Shown in pieces: positions 11,233 through 20,700 of a DNA stretch of 44,298 nt; position 1 is the stretch's first letter, and each line of letters opens with the position of its first letter. The translations under genes were made by a program, and so were the position numbers. Source of the DNA: Butyricicoccaceae bacterium (lineage in GTDB: Bacteria; Bacillota; Clostridia; Oscillospirales; QAMX01); contig CAVGLF010000001.1 of NCBI GenBank assembly GCA_963630045.1, positions 1-44,298 on the forward strand, given 5' to 3'. The notes under the pieces were generated by a model. That model made no database searches. It worked only from the letters and a program-made list of their open reading frames with translations, and was not told the origin of the DNA.

Positions 11233-11589
11233 TCAGAGTACGAATACGATCAGGATGGCGACAATCAGCGCGTAGATGATGGCGGTCTCGATGAAGACCA
11301 GACCCAGCATCAGGCTCGTGCGGATCTGCCCCGCCGCCTCGGGCTGACGGGAGATGCCCTCGGAGGACTTCGCGATGGCGTGGCCCATGGAGACGGCGCC
11401 CGCAACGCTCGCGACGCCAATGGCCGCGGCGGCGGCAATCGCCTTCGCGGAGGTCGAAGGATCGGCGGCGGCTTCGGCAGCCTCCGCAGCGGCCGAAGTG
11501 TCGGCGGCGGCGGCGAAGGGCATGACGGTCATCATGAGGATCAGGGCAAATACGGCGCAGAGCGCGATGCGGGACATATGCTTTTTCAT
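11233..11589 (-). CDS. atpE: F0 ATP synthase subunit c with a signal-peptide-like N-terminal extension
   Basis: The C-terminal 70 aa form a canonical c hairpin (loop SRQPEAAG, carboxylate in FIETAIIY). The N-terminal 45 aa, MKKHMSRIALCAVFALILMMTVMPFAAAAD..., are additional. Confidence 0.88.
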   Translation of the reverse strand: MKKHMSRIALCAVFALILMMTVMPFAAAADTSAAAEAAEAAADPSTSAKAIAAAAAIGVASVAGAVSMGHAIAKSSEGISRQPEAAGQIRTSLMLGLVFIETAIIYALIVAILIVFVL

Positions 11590-11630
11590 GGGGAATCAAA
11601 ACGACCTTTCTTTTAGCTTTTACTCTTTCT

Positions 11631-12443
11631 TTATTTCTTTTCCGCAGGTTCCGTAACCTCTCCGTAGAAGACGGAGGTCAGCATGGTCAGAACATAGGTC
11701 TGAATCAGCGCATGCAGCAGGGTGAACAGCACCGCAACGATGACGGGCAGCACGAAGCTGAGCATCAGGTATGCGTAGACCAGCTCCGTGACCAAAAGGC
11801 CCGAGAGCATGGCTCCGAACAGACGGAAGCTCATGGAAATCGGCAGCGAGAACTCCTTGAGTCCCCGTCCGAGTCCGCGCACGCCGTTGACGGCGATGCC
11901 CGCGCCCAGAATCACGAGGTAGGAGACGCAGCCCATGGCGATGGCTCCGTTGATGTCGGACAGCGGCGCCGGCAGGGAGACGGAGCGTCCCCCGGTCGTG
12001 ATCACCTGAAGCCCCAGCAGCTCGAACACGGTGCTGGAGAAGATGTACACGCCCGCTCCGAAGATGTACACGCCGAGGAAGCGGTTGTGGTGCGGGCTGT
12101 TGGAGCGCGCAAGGTTGTCGAAGGTGCCCACCAGCAGCTCGATCGCCGTCTGCAGCCGCCCGGGATTCTTCTCGCGGAAGCGGGGAACGGCGAAGATGCG
12201 CACAAGCGCCGCGCAGACGAGCAGGATGCCCGTCACCGTGAAGGCCGAGATCACGGCCGGATTCACCGTCATCACGCCGAACAGGCTCACACGGTTGTCC
12301 TCATGCAGCACCGCGTCCCGCATCAGCTCCTTAATCGACTCTCCCGAGTCCCCGCTCTGTGCCGTCAGTACGATGCCCAGAATCAGTGCGGCGATGAAGA
12401 CGAGCCCGAGCAGGAGTATCCATAATTTCTTTTGTTTCGACAC
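11631..12443 (-). CDS. atpB: F0 ATP synthase subunit a
   Basis: 270-aa polytopic membrane protein with the conserved Arg motif SFRLFGAMLSG (compare LSLRLFGNM). GTG start preceded by GAAGGAAA. First gene of the operon. Confidence 0.9.
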   Translation of the reverse strand: MSKQKKLWILLLGLVFIAALILGIVLTAQSGDSGESIKELMRDAVLHEDNRVSLFGVMTVNPAVISAFTVTGILLVCAALVRIFAVPRFREKNPGRLQTAIELLVGTFDNLARSNSPHHNRFLGVYIFGAGVYIFSSTVFELLGLQVITTGGRSVSLPAPLSDINGAIAMGCVSYLVILGAGIAVNGVRGLGRGLKEFSLPISMSFRLFGAMLSGLLVTELVYAYLMLSFVLPVIVAVLFTLLHALIQTYVLTMLTSVFYGEVTEPAEKK

Positions 12444-12529
12444 AAGGTTTCCTTCTTTTTACCAGATATGCATGTTTTATATCATAAATCTGTCCGCTTT
12501 TTTGAAAAAAGCTGCGCGTCCGGCCTTCG

Positions 12530-13207
12530 TCAGCCGCGCGCCCGTTCCAGCAGCCGGCCAAGGTTTTCCCGGCCTCCGCAGACAAACAGAATATCGTCAT
12601 GACCGAATACGTAATCGGGGTCGATGCTTTCCATGACCTCGCGTCCGTGCTCGATGGCGATGATGTTGACGCCGAAGCGTCCGCGCAGATTCGCGCCGCG
12701 GACGGTCTTCCCGACAAGCTCCTCCGGAATCTCAAGCTTCGAGATGTTCACGCGCTCGCTGAGCTGCACGAAATCGAGCATTTTGGCCGTCTCCATGCGG
12801 TGCGCCAGACGGACGGCCATATCGCGCTCGGGATAGACGACCTCCGCGCCGAGCTTTTCCAGGATTTCCCCGTGCTGCGCGCTTTTCGCCTTCGCGATGA
12901 CCTTTCCCACGCCGAGGCTCACCAGATTCAGAACCGTCAGGATGGAGGTCGCCAGATCCTCGCCGATGCAGACGACGGCGACGTCGCAGTTCTGCACGCC
13001 GGTCTCCCCCAGCGTCTTCCGGTCGAGGTTGCGCACGACATAGGCGTTGTCCGTATAGTCGCGCATCTCGCGGATCTTCTCCTCATCGCGGTCCATGACG
13101 AGGATGTCCGCGCCCGCATCCGCAAGCTCCCGCGCCAGCGCGAAGCCGAAGCGTCCGAGTCCGATGATGCCGTAGGTGATCCTGTCCTTTTTTCCACGAT
13201 TGAACAT
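12530..13207 (-). CDS. ktrA: K+ uptake system peripheral NAD-binding subunit (KtrA/TrkA, RCK_N + RCK_C)
   Basis: Start at MFNRGKKDRITYGIIGLGRFGFALAREL (Rossmann GxGxxG). 225 aa. The upstream part of track ORF 12530-14422 is out of frame across ktrB and was discarded. Confidence 0.88.
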   Translation of the reverse strand: MFNRGKKDRITYGIIGLGRFGFALARELADAGADILVMDRDEEKIREMRDYTDNAYVVRNLDRKTLGETGVQNCDVAVVCIGEDLATSILTVLNLVSLGVGKVIAKAKSAQHGEILEKLGAEVVYPERDMAVRLAHRMETAKMLDFVQLSERVNISKLEIPEELVGKTVRGANLRGRFGVNIIAIEHGREVMESIDPDYVFGHDDILFVCGGRENLGRLLERARG

Positions 13208-13218
13208 ATGTGCCCTCC

Positions 13219-14541
13219 TTATCCGATGGCGATGTTGCCGTCCGGGAAGCCCACGCGCTCGCCGCGGCCAAAGTACCAGAGCGTCGCCACGGTCATGGGA
13301 CCCAGACGTCCCGTATACATGATGAGTATCGACAGAAGCTTTGCCGGCACGCCCAGCCCCGGCGTAATGCCGGTGGAAAGTCCGACGGTGCCGAACGCGC
13401 TGACCATTTCGAACAGCGCATCCATGAACGCAAGCTGCGGCTCCGCGAGGAGCAGCAGATAGGTCGCCGCCGTCACGATGCCGAGTCCCAGCAGCGTGAT
13501 GACCGAGGCCTTGCGGAACGCCTCGCGCGGAATCGCATAGCGGAACGCCTTCTCCGAGGTATTCGTCGCCGAGGCGTGAATGCCGCGCAGCAGGACGAAG
13601 AAGGTGGTCGTCTTGATGCCGCCGCCCGTCGAGCCCGGGGACGCTCCGATGAACATGAGCACGGCGATGCAGAAGAGCCCCGCCTGCGAAAAGCCGCTTA
13701 AGGGGCAGGTGGAAAAGCCCGCCGTACGCGCCGATACGCTGAAGAAGAACGCCGTCAGCCACGAAACATCCTCCGTCAGCCGCAGAAGGCACGTGCCTGC
13801 GGCGAGCAGCGCCGCGCTCACCGAGAGCACGACCTTCGTGTGCATGGAGAACTTTTTCCACGCAAAGCGCTTTTCCCAGACCTCGCGGATAACCGGGAAG
13901 CCGATGCCGCCGAAGAAGATCAGCCCGCAGGTCACGAGATTCAGAAGAACATCGTCCCGGTAGGGAATCAGATTCCTCAGCCCGCCCAGAATGTCGAAGC
14001 CGGAGTTGTTGAACGCCGCGACCGAGTGAAACAGGCTGATGCCCAGCGCGCGCGGGAAGGGGTAATCCCTCAGGAAGACGGGCAGGCTCAGCGCGGCACC
14101 CGCCAGCTCGAAGCCCAGCGTCATGAAAAGCACGCTGCGCACGAGGCGCACGGCGCCCCGTCCGGAGTCCAGATTCATCGCCTCGCGGATGATGGTGCGT
14201 CCCTTCATGTCGACCTTTCTGCGCATGGCGAGCATGATGCCCGCGCCGACGGCGGTCACGCCCAGTCCTCCGATCTGGATGAGCAGCGCCAGTATGCCCT
14301 GCCCCAGCGGCGTGAAGGTGTCCGCGGCATCCACGGCGATGAGTCCCGTCACGCAGACGGAGCTTGTCGCGGTGTACAGCGCATCGATGTAGCGCAGCGT
14401 GACGCCTGTGCGCACGCAGCACGGAAGCATGAGAAGCCCCGACCCCGCGAGAATGGTCAGCGCAAAGCCCAGCGCGATGATGCGCGCGGGTGATTGTGTT
14501 CGGAATAATCTCATTGCAGTGAAGGCTCGCCTCCTTTGCAC
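13219..14541 (-). CDS. ktrB: K+ transporter membrane subunit (KtrB/TrkH family)
   Basis: 440-aa polytopic protein with repeated selectivity-filter-like motifs (SSVCVTGL, NNSGFD, SARTAGFS, STVGLSTG). GTG start at 14541; the alternative ATG at 14514 lies 15 nt after GGAGG. Confidence 0.88.
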   Translation of the reverse strand: MQRRRAFTAMRLFRTQSPARIIALGFALTILAGSGLLMLPCCVRTGVTLRYIDALYTATSSVCVTGLIAVDAADTFTPLGQGILALLIQIGGLGVTAVGAGIMLAMRRKVDMKGRTIIREAMNLDSGRGAVRLVRSVLFMTLGFELAGAALSLPVFLRDYPFPRALGISLFHSVAAFNNSGFDILGGLRNLIPYRDDVLLNLVTCGLIFFGGIGFPVIREVWEKRFAWKKFSMHTKVVLSVSAALLAAGTCLLRLTEDVSWLTAFFFSVSARTAGFSTCPLSGFSQAGLFCIAVLMFIGASPGSTGGGIKTTTFFVLLRGIHASATNTSEKAFRYAIPREAFRKASVITLLGLGIVTAATYLLLLAEPQLAFMDALFEMVSAFGTVGLSTGITPGLGVPAKLLSILIMYTGRLGPMTVATLWYFGRGERVGFPDGNIAIG

Positions 14542-14591
14542 ATGCCCCGGGCGGGAAATAATATACCCACCTTTACAATTTCCAGGAGTGT

Positions 14592-14620
14592 ATTATAGTA
14601 CGAAACGCCCGAAAAGTCAA
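14592..14620 (-). promoter_or_regulatory. Sigma-70 promoter of ktrBA
   Basis: Minus strand reads TTGACT (14620-14615) - 17 nt - TATAAT (14597-14592). Confidence 0.65.
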
Positions 14621-14743
14621 TCGACTGAATGCCGAATATCGGTTCCTTTTCTCCGCGCATTCCGCAGCTTTTTGTGCAGATGCAGCAATCGCCCCCTTCG
14701 CGCGGCGATTTCCGGCGCAAAGGGGACGATTCCGTCACTTTTT

Positions 14744-15136
14744 TCAGTGCTTTTTCATGCCCGTGATTTCCACCCGGGCAACGGGATTTCCGAGGTCGTC
14801 GTCCACGTCCACGGTATAGAAGACGACGCTGCGTCCGTCCTTTACGGGCTGTGCGCGGGCGCGCAGCCGCTCTCCGCGCGGCGCTCCCAGGTAGGAGCAG
14901 CTCAGGTTGACGGAGACGGTCGGGGTTCCCCCGCAGTTTGTCGCAACGGCGAAGGCAAAGTCGGCCAGCGTGCAGACCACGCCGCCCATCACGCCGCCCA
15001 TGGCGTTGCGGTGCCGGGGCTGGATCTCCGCATGTACGCAGGCGTATCCCGGACGTGCCTCGTCAATTACGGCACCCGCGCACTCCGTCGCGTAGCGGTC
15101 GGCTGAAAAGAATGTGCGTATTTCCTCAAGCTCCAT
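14744..15136 (-). CDS. PaaI-family hotdog-fold thioesterase
   Basis: 130 aa. The pattern HRNAMGGVMGGVVCTLADFAFAVA is typical of PaaI/YdiI thioesterases. Confidence 0.8.
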   Translation of the reverse strand: MELEEIRTFFSADRYATECAGAVIDEARPGYACVHAEIQPRHRNAMGGVMGGVVCTLADFAFAVATNCGGTPTVSVNLSCSYLGAPRGERLRARAQPVKDGRSVVFYTVDVDDDLGNPVARVEITGMKKH

Positions 15137-15653
15137 GCTTACTCTCCTTGCTTTGAGTCTCCTCCGGCTCCAGCCCCCTGAGGAAGGGACGCTCCAGCCG
15201 GCGCTTCAGTTTGAAAAATCCGTCCGTTTCGGGACACAGGGGACGGACGTACAGCGCCGTCAGTCCGGCAAGCCGCGCGCCCAGCACATCCGTGAAGAGC
15301 TGATCCCCCAGAAAGGCCGTCTCGGAGGCTGACGCGCCCAGGGCGCGCCGTCCGCGCGTGAGGCCGAAGGGCAGGGGCTTGCGCGCCTGCGGCATGCCCT
15401 CAAACGGCAGTCCCCGGCAGAACTCGCGCACGCGCTTCATGGAGTTGTTGGAAACGAGCATCACGCGGATGCCTCCGCTGCGCATGGACTCCAGCCATGC
15501 CGCCGCTCCGGGCGTGGGTCTCTTCCTGTGCGGCCGCACGAGCGTATTGTCCAGATCGCACAGCAGCGCCGTGATGCCCATCTCCCGCAGCATCCCGGGC
15601 GTGATGTCGGATATTTGCCGGAACACACGGTCCGGCCGGAACGGATGCTTCAT
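15126..15653 (-). CDS. YqeG-family HAD-IIIA phosphatase
   Basis: Start at MKHPFRPD (ATG 15653, RBS AGGAG). HAD motif I is LLCDLDNTLV, then VSNN and GDQLFTD motifs. 175 aa. 11-nt overlap with the thioesterase gene. Confidence 0.82.
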   Translation of the reverse strand: MKHPFRPDRVFRQISDITPGMLREMGITALLCDLDNTLVRPHRKRPTPGAAAWLESMRSGGIRVMLVSNNSMKRVREFCRGLPFEGMPQARKPLPFGLTRGRRALGASASETAFLGDQLFTDVLGARLAGLTALYVRPLCPETDGFFKLKRRLERPFLRGLEPEETQSKESKHGA

Positions 15654-15820
15654 ATTCTCCTGTCTTTCTTCCGCGCTTTCTCGGATGCCGCCGTTTTTTG
15701 TCTCCGGCATCCCGATTATTGTAGCACGATTGAGCCGAATTGGGAAGGGGGCACGCAGCGCCGCATTGTAAATTCTTTGCGTACGCGTGCGCGTCCCCGT
15801 CCCCGGAAGAGGGCGGGGGC

Positions 15821-15849
15821 TTGCATTTCCCCGCGGCATCTGCTATAAT
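15821..15849 (+). promoter_or_regulatory. Sigma-70 promoter of the yitT-like gene
   Basis: TTGCAT (15821-15826) - 17 nt - TATAAT (15844-15849), with TGc immediately upstream (extended -10). Confidence 0.7.
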
Positions 15850-15895
15850 GAGTGCCGTAATCCGTGCGAAAATACACCACATGGGAGTGTGCATC

Positions 15896-16774
15896 ATGCC
15901 GACTCCGTCCTCTCCGGCGAAATCCGGCCTTTCCCCCTTCTGGCGGGATCTTCTCATCAACACGGGCAGCACGCTGCTTGTCGCCGTCGGCGTGTATTTC
16001 TTCAAGTTTCCGAACAACTTCTCCTTCGGAGGCGTCAGCGGCATCGCCGTTGTCGCCGCGCGGCTTCTGCCCCTCTCCGCGTCCACGATCAACCTCGTGC
16101 TGAACATGGCGCTTCTCGCCCTGGGGTTCATCTTTCTGGGACACTCCTTCGCCGTCAAGACGACGTACTCCTGCATCCTGCTGTCCCTGTCCATATCGCT
16201 GTTCGAGCGTATCTTCCCGCTTTCGGCTCCTCTGACGGACGAGCCCATGCTGGAGCTGATCTTCGCGATCCTCCTGCCCGCTCTGGGCGCGGCATTCCTC
16301 TTCAACAACAATGCCTCCTCCGGCGGAACGGATATTCTGGCGATGATTCTGAAAAAGCGCTTCCGCTTCGACATCGGCATCGCGCTCTTCCTGTCGGATC
16401 TCGCCATCGTCATCGCCGCCTGCCTCGTCTTCGATGTCAAGACGGGTCTGTACTCCATGGTCGGCCTTCTGACGAAGACCCTCCTCATCGACAACCTCAT
16501 CGAATCCATCAATCTCTGCAAATATTTCAACATCGTCTGCACCAATCCCGCTCCCATCGAGGAGTACATCCTGAAGACGCTGCACCGGGGCGCTACGGTT
16601 TCGGAGGCCACGGGTGCCTTCACCGGAGAGCGCCGCTACATCGTCTTCACCGCCGTGCGCCGCACGCAGGCCGTGCTTCTGCGCGAATTCGTGCGCGCCG
16701 CGGAGCCCCACGCCTTCATGACGATCACCAGCTCCAGCGAGATCATCGGCAAGGGCTTCCGCAACAACATCTGA
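15896..16774 (+). CDS. YitT-family membrane protein (DUF2179 C-terminal domain)
   Basis: Start ATG 15896 is preceded by GGGAG with an 8-nt spacer, downstream of the promoter. Contains FKFPNNFSFGGVSGIAVV and SSGGTDILAMIL motifs and a C-terminal soluble domain. 292 aa. Confidence 0.82.
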   Translation: MPTPSSPAKSGLSPFWRDLLINTGSTLLVAVGVYFFKFPNNFSFGGVSGIAVVAARLLPLSASTINLVLNMALLALGFIFLGHSFAVKTTYSCILLSLSISLFERIFPLSAPLTDEPMLELIFAILLPALGAAFLFNNNASSGGTDILAMILKKRFRFDIGIALFLSDLAIVIAACLVFDVKTGLYSMVGLLTKTLLIDNLIESINLCKYFNIVCTNPAPIEEYILKTLHRGATVSEATGAFTGERRYIVFTAVRRTQAVLLREFVRAAEPHAFMTITSSSEIIGKGFRNNI

Positions 16775-16828
16775 TGCCATCCACACCAATATATATCCCC
16801 TATCAGGAAAGAAAGGATTGTTTTTATC

Positions 16829-17566
16829 ATGCGTCTTGAGTATCTGATGCAGAACGACCTCCCCGCGATCAAGGAAAAGAACATCCCCGTGGTCATCCCG
16901 ATCGGCACGATCGAGTTCCACGGCCCCCACTGCGCACTGGGCTGCGACACCATGGTCTGCCAGGGCGTTCTGGAGGAGCTGGAAAAGAGAAAGGAAATCG
17001 TCATCGCGCCTCCGGTCTGGTACGGCGTCGCGAGCTACGCCGTCGGCGGCCCCGAGAACGGCACCGTGCAGATCGACGTGGATGTATATGAGAACTACAT
17101 CTACAACATCCTCAAGTCCATGCTCTACGGCGGCTTCCGCAATATCTACATGCTCATCCATCACCAGTTCGAGGAAGGCTCCCTCATGCCGATGACGCTG
17201 GCGTGCATGAAGGCCGCGAAGAAGATCACGATGGAGTACATGGAGGACGTCGAAGGCCGCGGATGGTGGGGCTCCAACCGCATGGCGGGCTACTATGACA
17301 ACCTGACCGACCCCAACGCCAACCCCTTCAACTGGATCAAGACCCTCCCCGCCATGGCTCCGTCGGTTCAGCACGCAACGGGCTACGATCACGCGGGCAA
17401 GTTCGAGACCTCCATTCTGAAGGCGCTCTATCCCGATGCCGTGAAGCAGGAGCGCATCGACGAATCCGACGCCTGGTTCATCCAGAGCGCCAGAGAAGCC
17501 TCCACGGAGCTCGGCCTGCGCATGGTGGAGCTCTCCGTGGCGGAGCTTGAAAAGATCATCCGCTGA
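16829..17566 (+). CDS. Creatininase-family metal-dependent amidohydrolase
   Basis: 245 aa. The ligand motifs GTIEFHGPH, CD and DHAGKFETS are characteristic of the creatininase/MftE/ArfB family. Substrate unknown. Confidence 0.8.
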   Translation: MRLEYLMQNDLPAIKEKNIPVVIPIGTIEFHGPHCALGCDTMVCQGVLEELEKRKEIVIAPPVWYGVASYAVGGPENGTVQIDVDVYENYIYNILKSMLYGGFRNIYMLIHHQFEEGSLMPMTLACMKAAKKITMEYMEDVEGRGWWGSNRMAGYYDNLTDPNANPFNWIKTLPAMAPSVQHATGYDHAGKFETSILKALYPDAVKQERIDESDAWFIQSAREASTELGLRMVELSVAELEKIIR

Positions 17567-17636
17567 CGTTTTTTCCCTTTTTTCCCCCCGCGCCGCTGCG
17601 GGGAGTACATAAGGGTCTTTGTACATTGCAAAAAAA

Positions 17637-17718
17637 GCCTCTCCGGACGCTGAAAGCATTTCTCCCCCCTGCCTTCACCGGGGAAAAGCTCTCTTACGCG
17701 TCCGGGGGGGCTTTTTTT
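17637..17718 (+). terminator. Long imperfect hairpin with T7 tail (probable terminator between the creatininase-family gene and addB)
   Basis: GCCTCTCCGGACGC (17637-17650) pairs with GCGTCCGGGGGGGC (17698-17711), including two G-U pairs. It is flanked by A7 (17630-17636) and T7 (17712-17718). The 47-nt interior can fold further. Confidence 0.5.
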
Positions 17719-17785
17719 GCAATCCCTCCCGTATTTCCCCCATCCGGCGCGGCCGGAAACGCCAAAAAAAGGAGGCATACCTTCC

Positions 17786-20700
17786 ATGCTCCATCTCCTG
17801 CTCGGACGAAGCGGAAGCGGGAAAACCGCCGCGCTGCTGGAGGCCGTGCGCGCCGAAGCCCGGGGGGCAGGCCGCTCCATGCTCCTGCTCGTTCCCGAAA
17901 CCGCCTCGCACATGACCGAGCGCGCGGCGGCGGAGGCTCTGGGCGACCGCGCCGGCGAGCTCTGCGAGGTCGTCACCTTCCGCCGGCTCACAAACCGCAT
18001 CTTCGCGGCTGCGGGCGGGCTGGCGCTGCATGCGCCCGACGACGGAGCGCGCATCCTCCTGATGTACGGCGCGTTCGAGCGCATGCGCCGCTCGGCGAAG
18101 GTCTATACGCATCTGCCCCGCTCCTGCTCGACGATCGGGAGCTTCCTGTCCTTTTATGACGAGTGCGCCGCGGGCTGCGCCGCGCCCGAGCGCCTGTCCG
18201 AGCTGTCGGGGCAGTGCGGGGGCACGCTCTCGGACAAGCTCCGCGATCTCTCCGTGCTCTTCACCTTCTACGAGGAGGGCGTGCGCGCAAGCCTCGCCGA
18301 TCCGCGCGACGCGCTGGAGCGTGCGGCGGCGGCGGCGGAGCGCTGCGGCTTCTTCCGCGAGAGGGTCGTCCTCCTCGACGGCTTCGAGGGCTTCACGCCG
18401 CTGGAGCGGCAGCTGCTGGACGTCATCCTCACGCAGAGCCCCGAGGTTTATGCGGCCTTCACGGGGGATTCGCTCTCCGCGGACGAGGATTCCGTCTTCG
18501 CGCGTCCCATGCGCACCGCCATGCGCCTTGTGCGCTCCGCCGAGGAGCGCGGGCACCGCGTCCGCTCCGAGACCTGCACGAAGCGCGCTCCGCGGACTCC
18601 GTCCCTGGACTACCTCGAGGAGCATCTGGAGGACTACGGAGCCTCCTCCTTCGAGGGCGATCCCCGGGGCGTGCGCCTGTACACGGCGAAGACGGCGGAA
18701 TCCGAGTGCCGCGCCGTCGCCGCCGCTCTGCGGGAGCTTGTGCGGACCCGGGAGCTGCGCTGGCGCGACTGCGCCGTCGTGACGCCGGATCTTGCGGGAT
18801 ACGCCCAGACCCTCACGGCGACGTTCGAGCGCATGGATATCCCCTGCTTTCTGTCGGAGAAGACCGACCTGCTCGCCACGCCGGTCTGTGCGCTCGCCGT
18901 ATCCGCGCTGGAGGCGGCGGCGGGCGGCATGGAGACGGAGGACGTGCTGGCCTGTCTGAAGACCGGACTCGTCCCGCTTGCGCATGAGGACATCGACGAG
19001 CTGGAAAACTACGTCCTGAAGTACCGCATCCGCAGCTTCTCCCCCGATGCGCCGTGGACGGGGCACCCCGACGGTCTGGCCTGCGACTTCGACAGTGAAT
19101 CCTCCGCCCGTCTTGAGCGGCTGAACGTCATCCGCAGCCTTGTGCGGGCGCCCCTGGCCGCGCTGCGCGACGGCATCGCCGGCGTGTCCCCCGCCATCGA
19201 AAAGGCGCGCGCTCTCTATCATTTTCTCGAGTCCGTGGGACTGCCCGAGCTCTGCCGCACGCGGATGGAGGACGCGGAGGATCCCGCGGAATCCGATCTC
19301 TACCGCCAGCTCTGGGAGGTGCTCTGCCGTGCGCTGGACAGCTTCGCGGACGCTCTGGGCGAGCGCACGGTCGATGTGCGTACCTTCGTCTCGCTGTTCC
19401 GGCTGGCGCTGGAGCAGTACAGCGTAGGCGTCATCCCCCCGTCCATCGACCGCGTACACATAGGAAGCCTTGAAAGTCTGGTCTCGCGCCGCGTGAAGGC
19501 GGTTTTCGTGCCGGGTCTGACCGATGCCGCCTACCCCGGCGCGTCCGAGAGCCGCGGCGTTCTCTCCGATGACGAGCGGGAGCAGCTGGACGCGCTCGGG
19601 CTGGAGCTGTCCCATACCCCCGAGCGCGAGGAGGCCGCGCGCCGCTTCGCCTTCTACGAGGCCGTTTCCCGTCCCGATCTCCTGCTGTGGCTCTCCTGTC
19701 CCTCCGGAGCCGACATCTCCGAGTCCCCCGTCCTCTCCCGCATCCGTCTGCTCCTTCCCGGCGTGCCGCAGGAGACGGAGCCTGCGGATCTTCAGCCCGC
19801 GGACGCGCGGCTTTCGGTGCCTCAGACCGCGCTGGAGGCGGTGCTGGAGGGTCGTGCGCAGGGCGCGGAGGCGTGGCTTGCGCGTGAGCCCTTCTCGGGG
19901 CGGCTCGAGCGGGCGCGGCGCGGCGCGGCGCTGCCCCGGGGTCCCGTGCAGTCCGAAGCGCTGCGCCGCGCGCTGTACGGCGCAAGGCCGCGTCTTTCGG
20001 CAACGGGCGTGGATCTCTTTTTCTCCTGCCGCTACCGCTATTTCGCGCGCTCCGGACTGCGGCTGGACGAGCGCCGTCCGGCGGACTTCGATGCGCCCCA
20101 GGTCGGCGCCTTCCTGCACTTCGTGCTGGAGCATACGGCGCGTGAGGTGCGCGAGCGCATGAACGGCTGGCGTCATGCGTCCCGGGCAGACGTCATCGCC
20201 TGCGGACGGCGCTGGAGCGAGGTCTACGCCGAGGAGAAGCTGCATATCTCCCGTGCGGGCGCCCGCATGCGCTTCCTGTATGCCCGCGTCCGCGACAGCC
20301 TCGACCGTCTGCTGGGCGATCTGTGCGACGAGTTCTCCGTCTGCCTGTTCGAGCCCATGGACTTCGAGCTTTCCTTCTCCGCGCACGATGCGCTGGGCAG
20401 CGTGGAGATTCCCCTGCCCGGAGGAGGCGCCGCCGTGCTGTCCGGCAAGGTCGACCGCGTGGACGGCTTTCTGCATAACGGAACGCTCTACTTCCGCGTG
20501 GTGGACTACAAGAGCGCCGCCCGCGCCTTCAGCTACACCGAGATCGCCGCCGGCATCGGCATGCAGCTCCTCCTCTACCTCTTCGTGCTGGAGGAGCGCG
20601 CCGCGCGCTACCGCGCCCTGCATCCCGAGCTGCCTCCGGGTACGCCCCTCTCCCCTGCGGGCGTGCTCTATGCGCCCATCGGCTCCCCCGTCGTAACGCT

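Noticed and set aside
13208-14422. N-terminal 400 aa of track ORF 12530-14422
   Set aside because: This part is out of frame across the KtrB/TrkH gene. The real KtrA product starts at MFNRGKKD (13207) with a Rossmann motif.
14542-14743. c-di-AMP (ydaO/kimA-type) riboswitch upstream of ktrBA
   Set aside because: A consensus promoter at 14592-14620 leaves a leader of only about 50-75 nt. That is too short, and it lacks the pseudo-two-fold ydaO motifs.
15716-17659. 647-aa ORF on the minus strand
   Set aside because: It is antisense to the yitT-like and creatininase-family genes. It spans a mapped plus-strand promoter and intergenic gaps, and has no recognisable domains.
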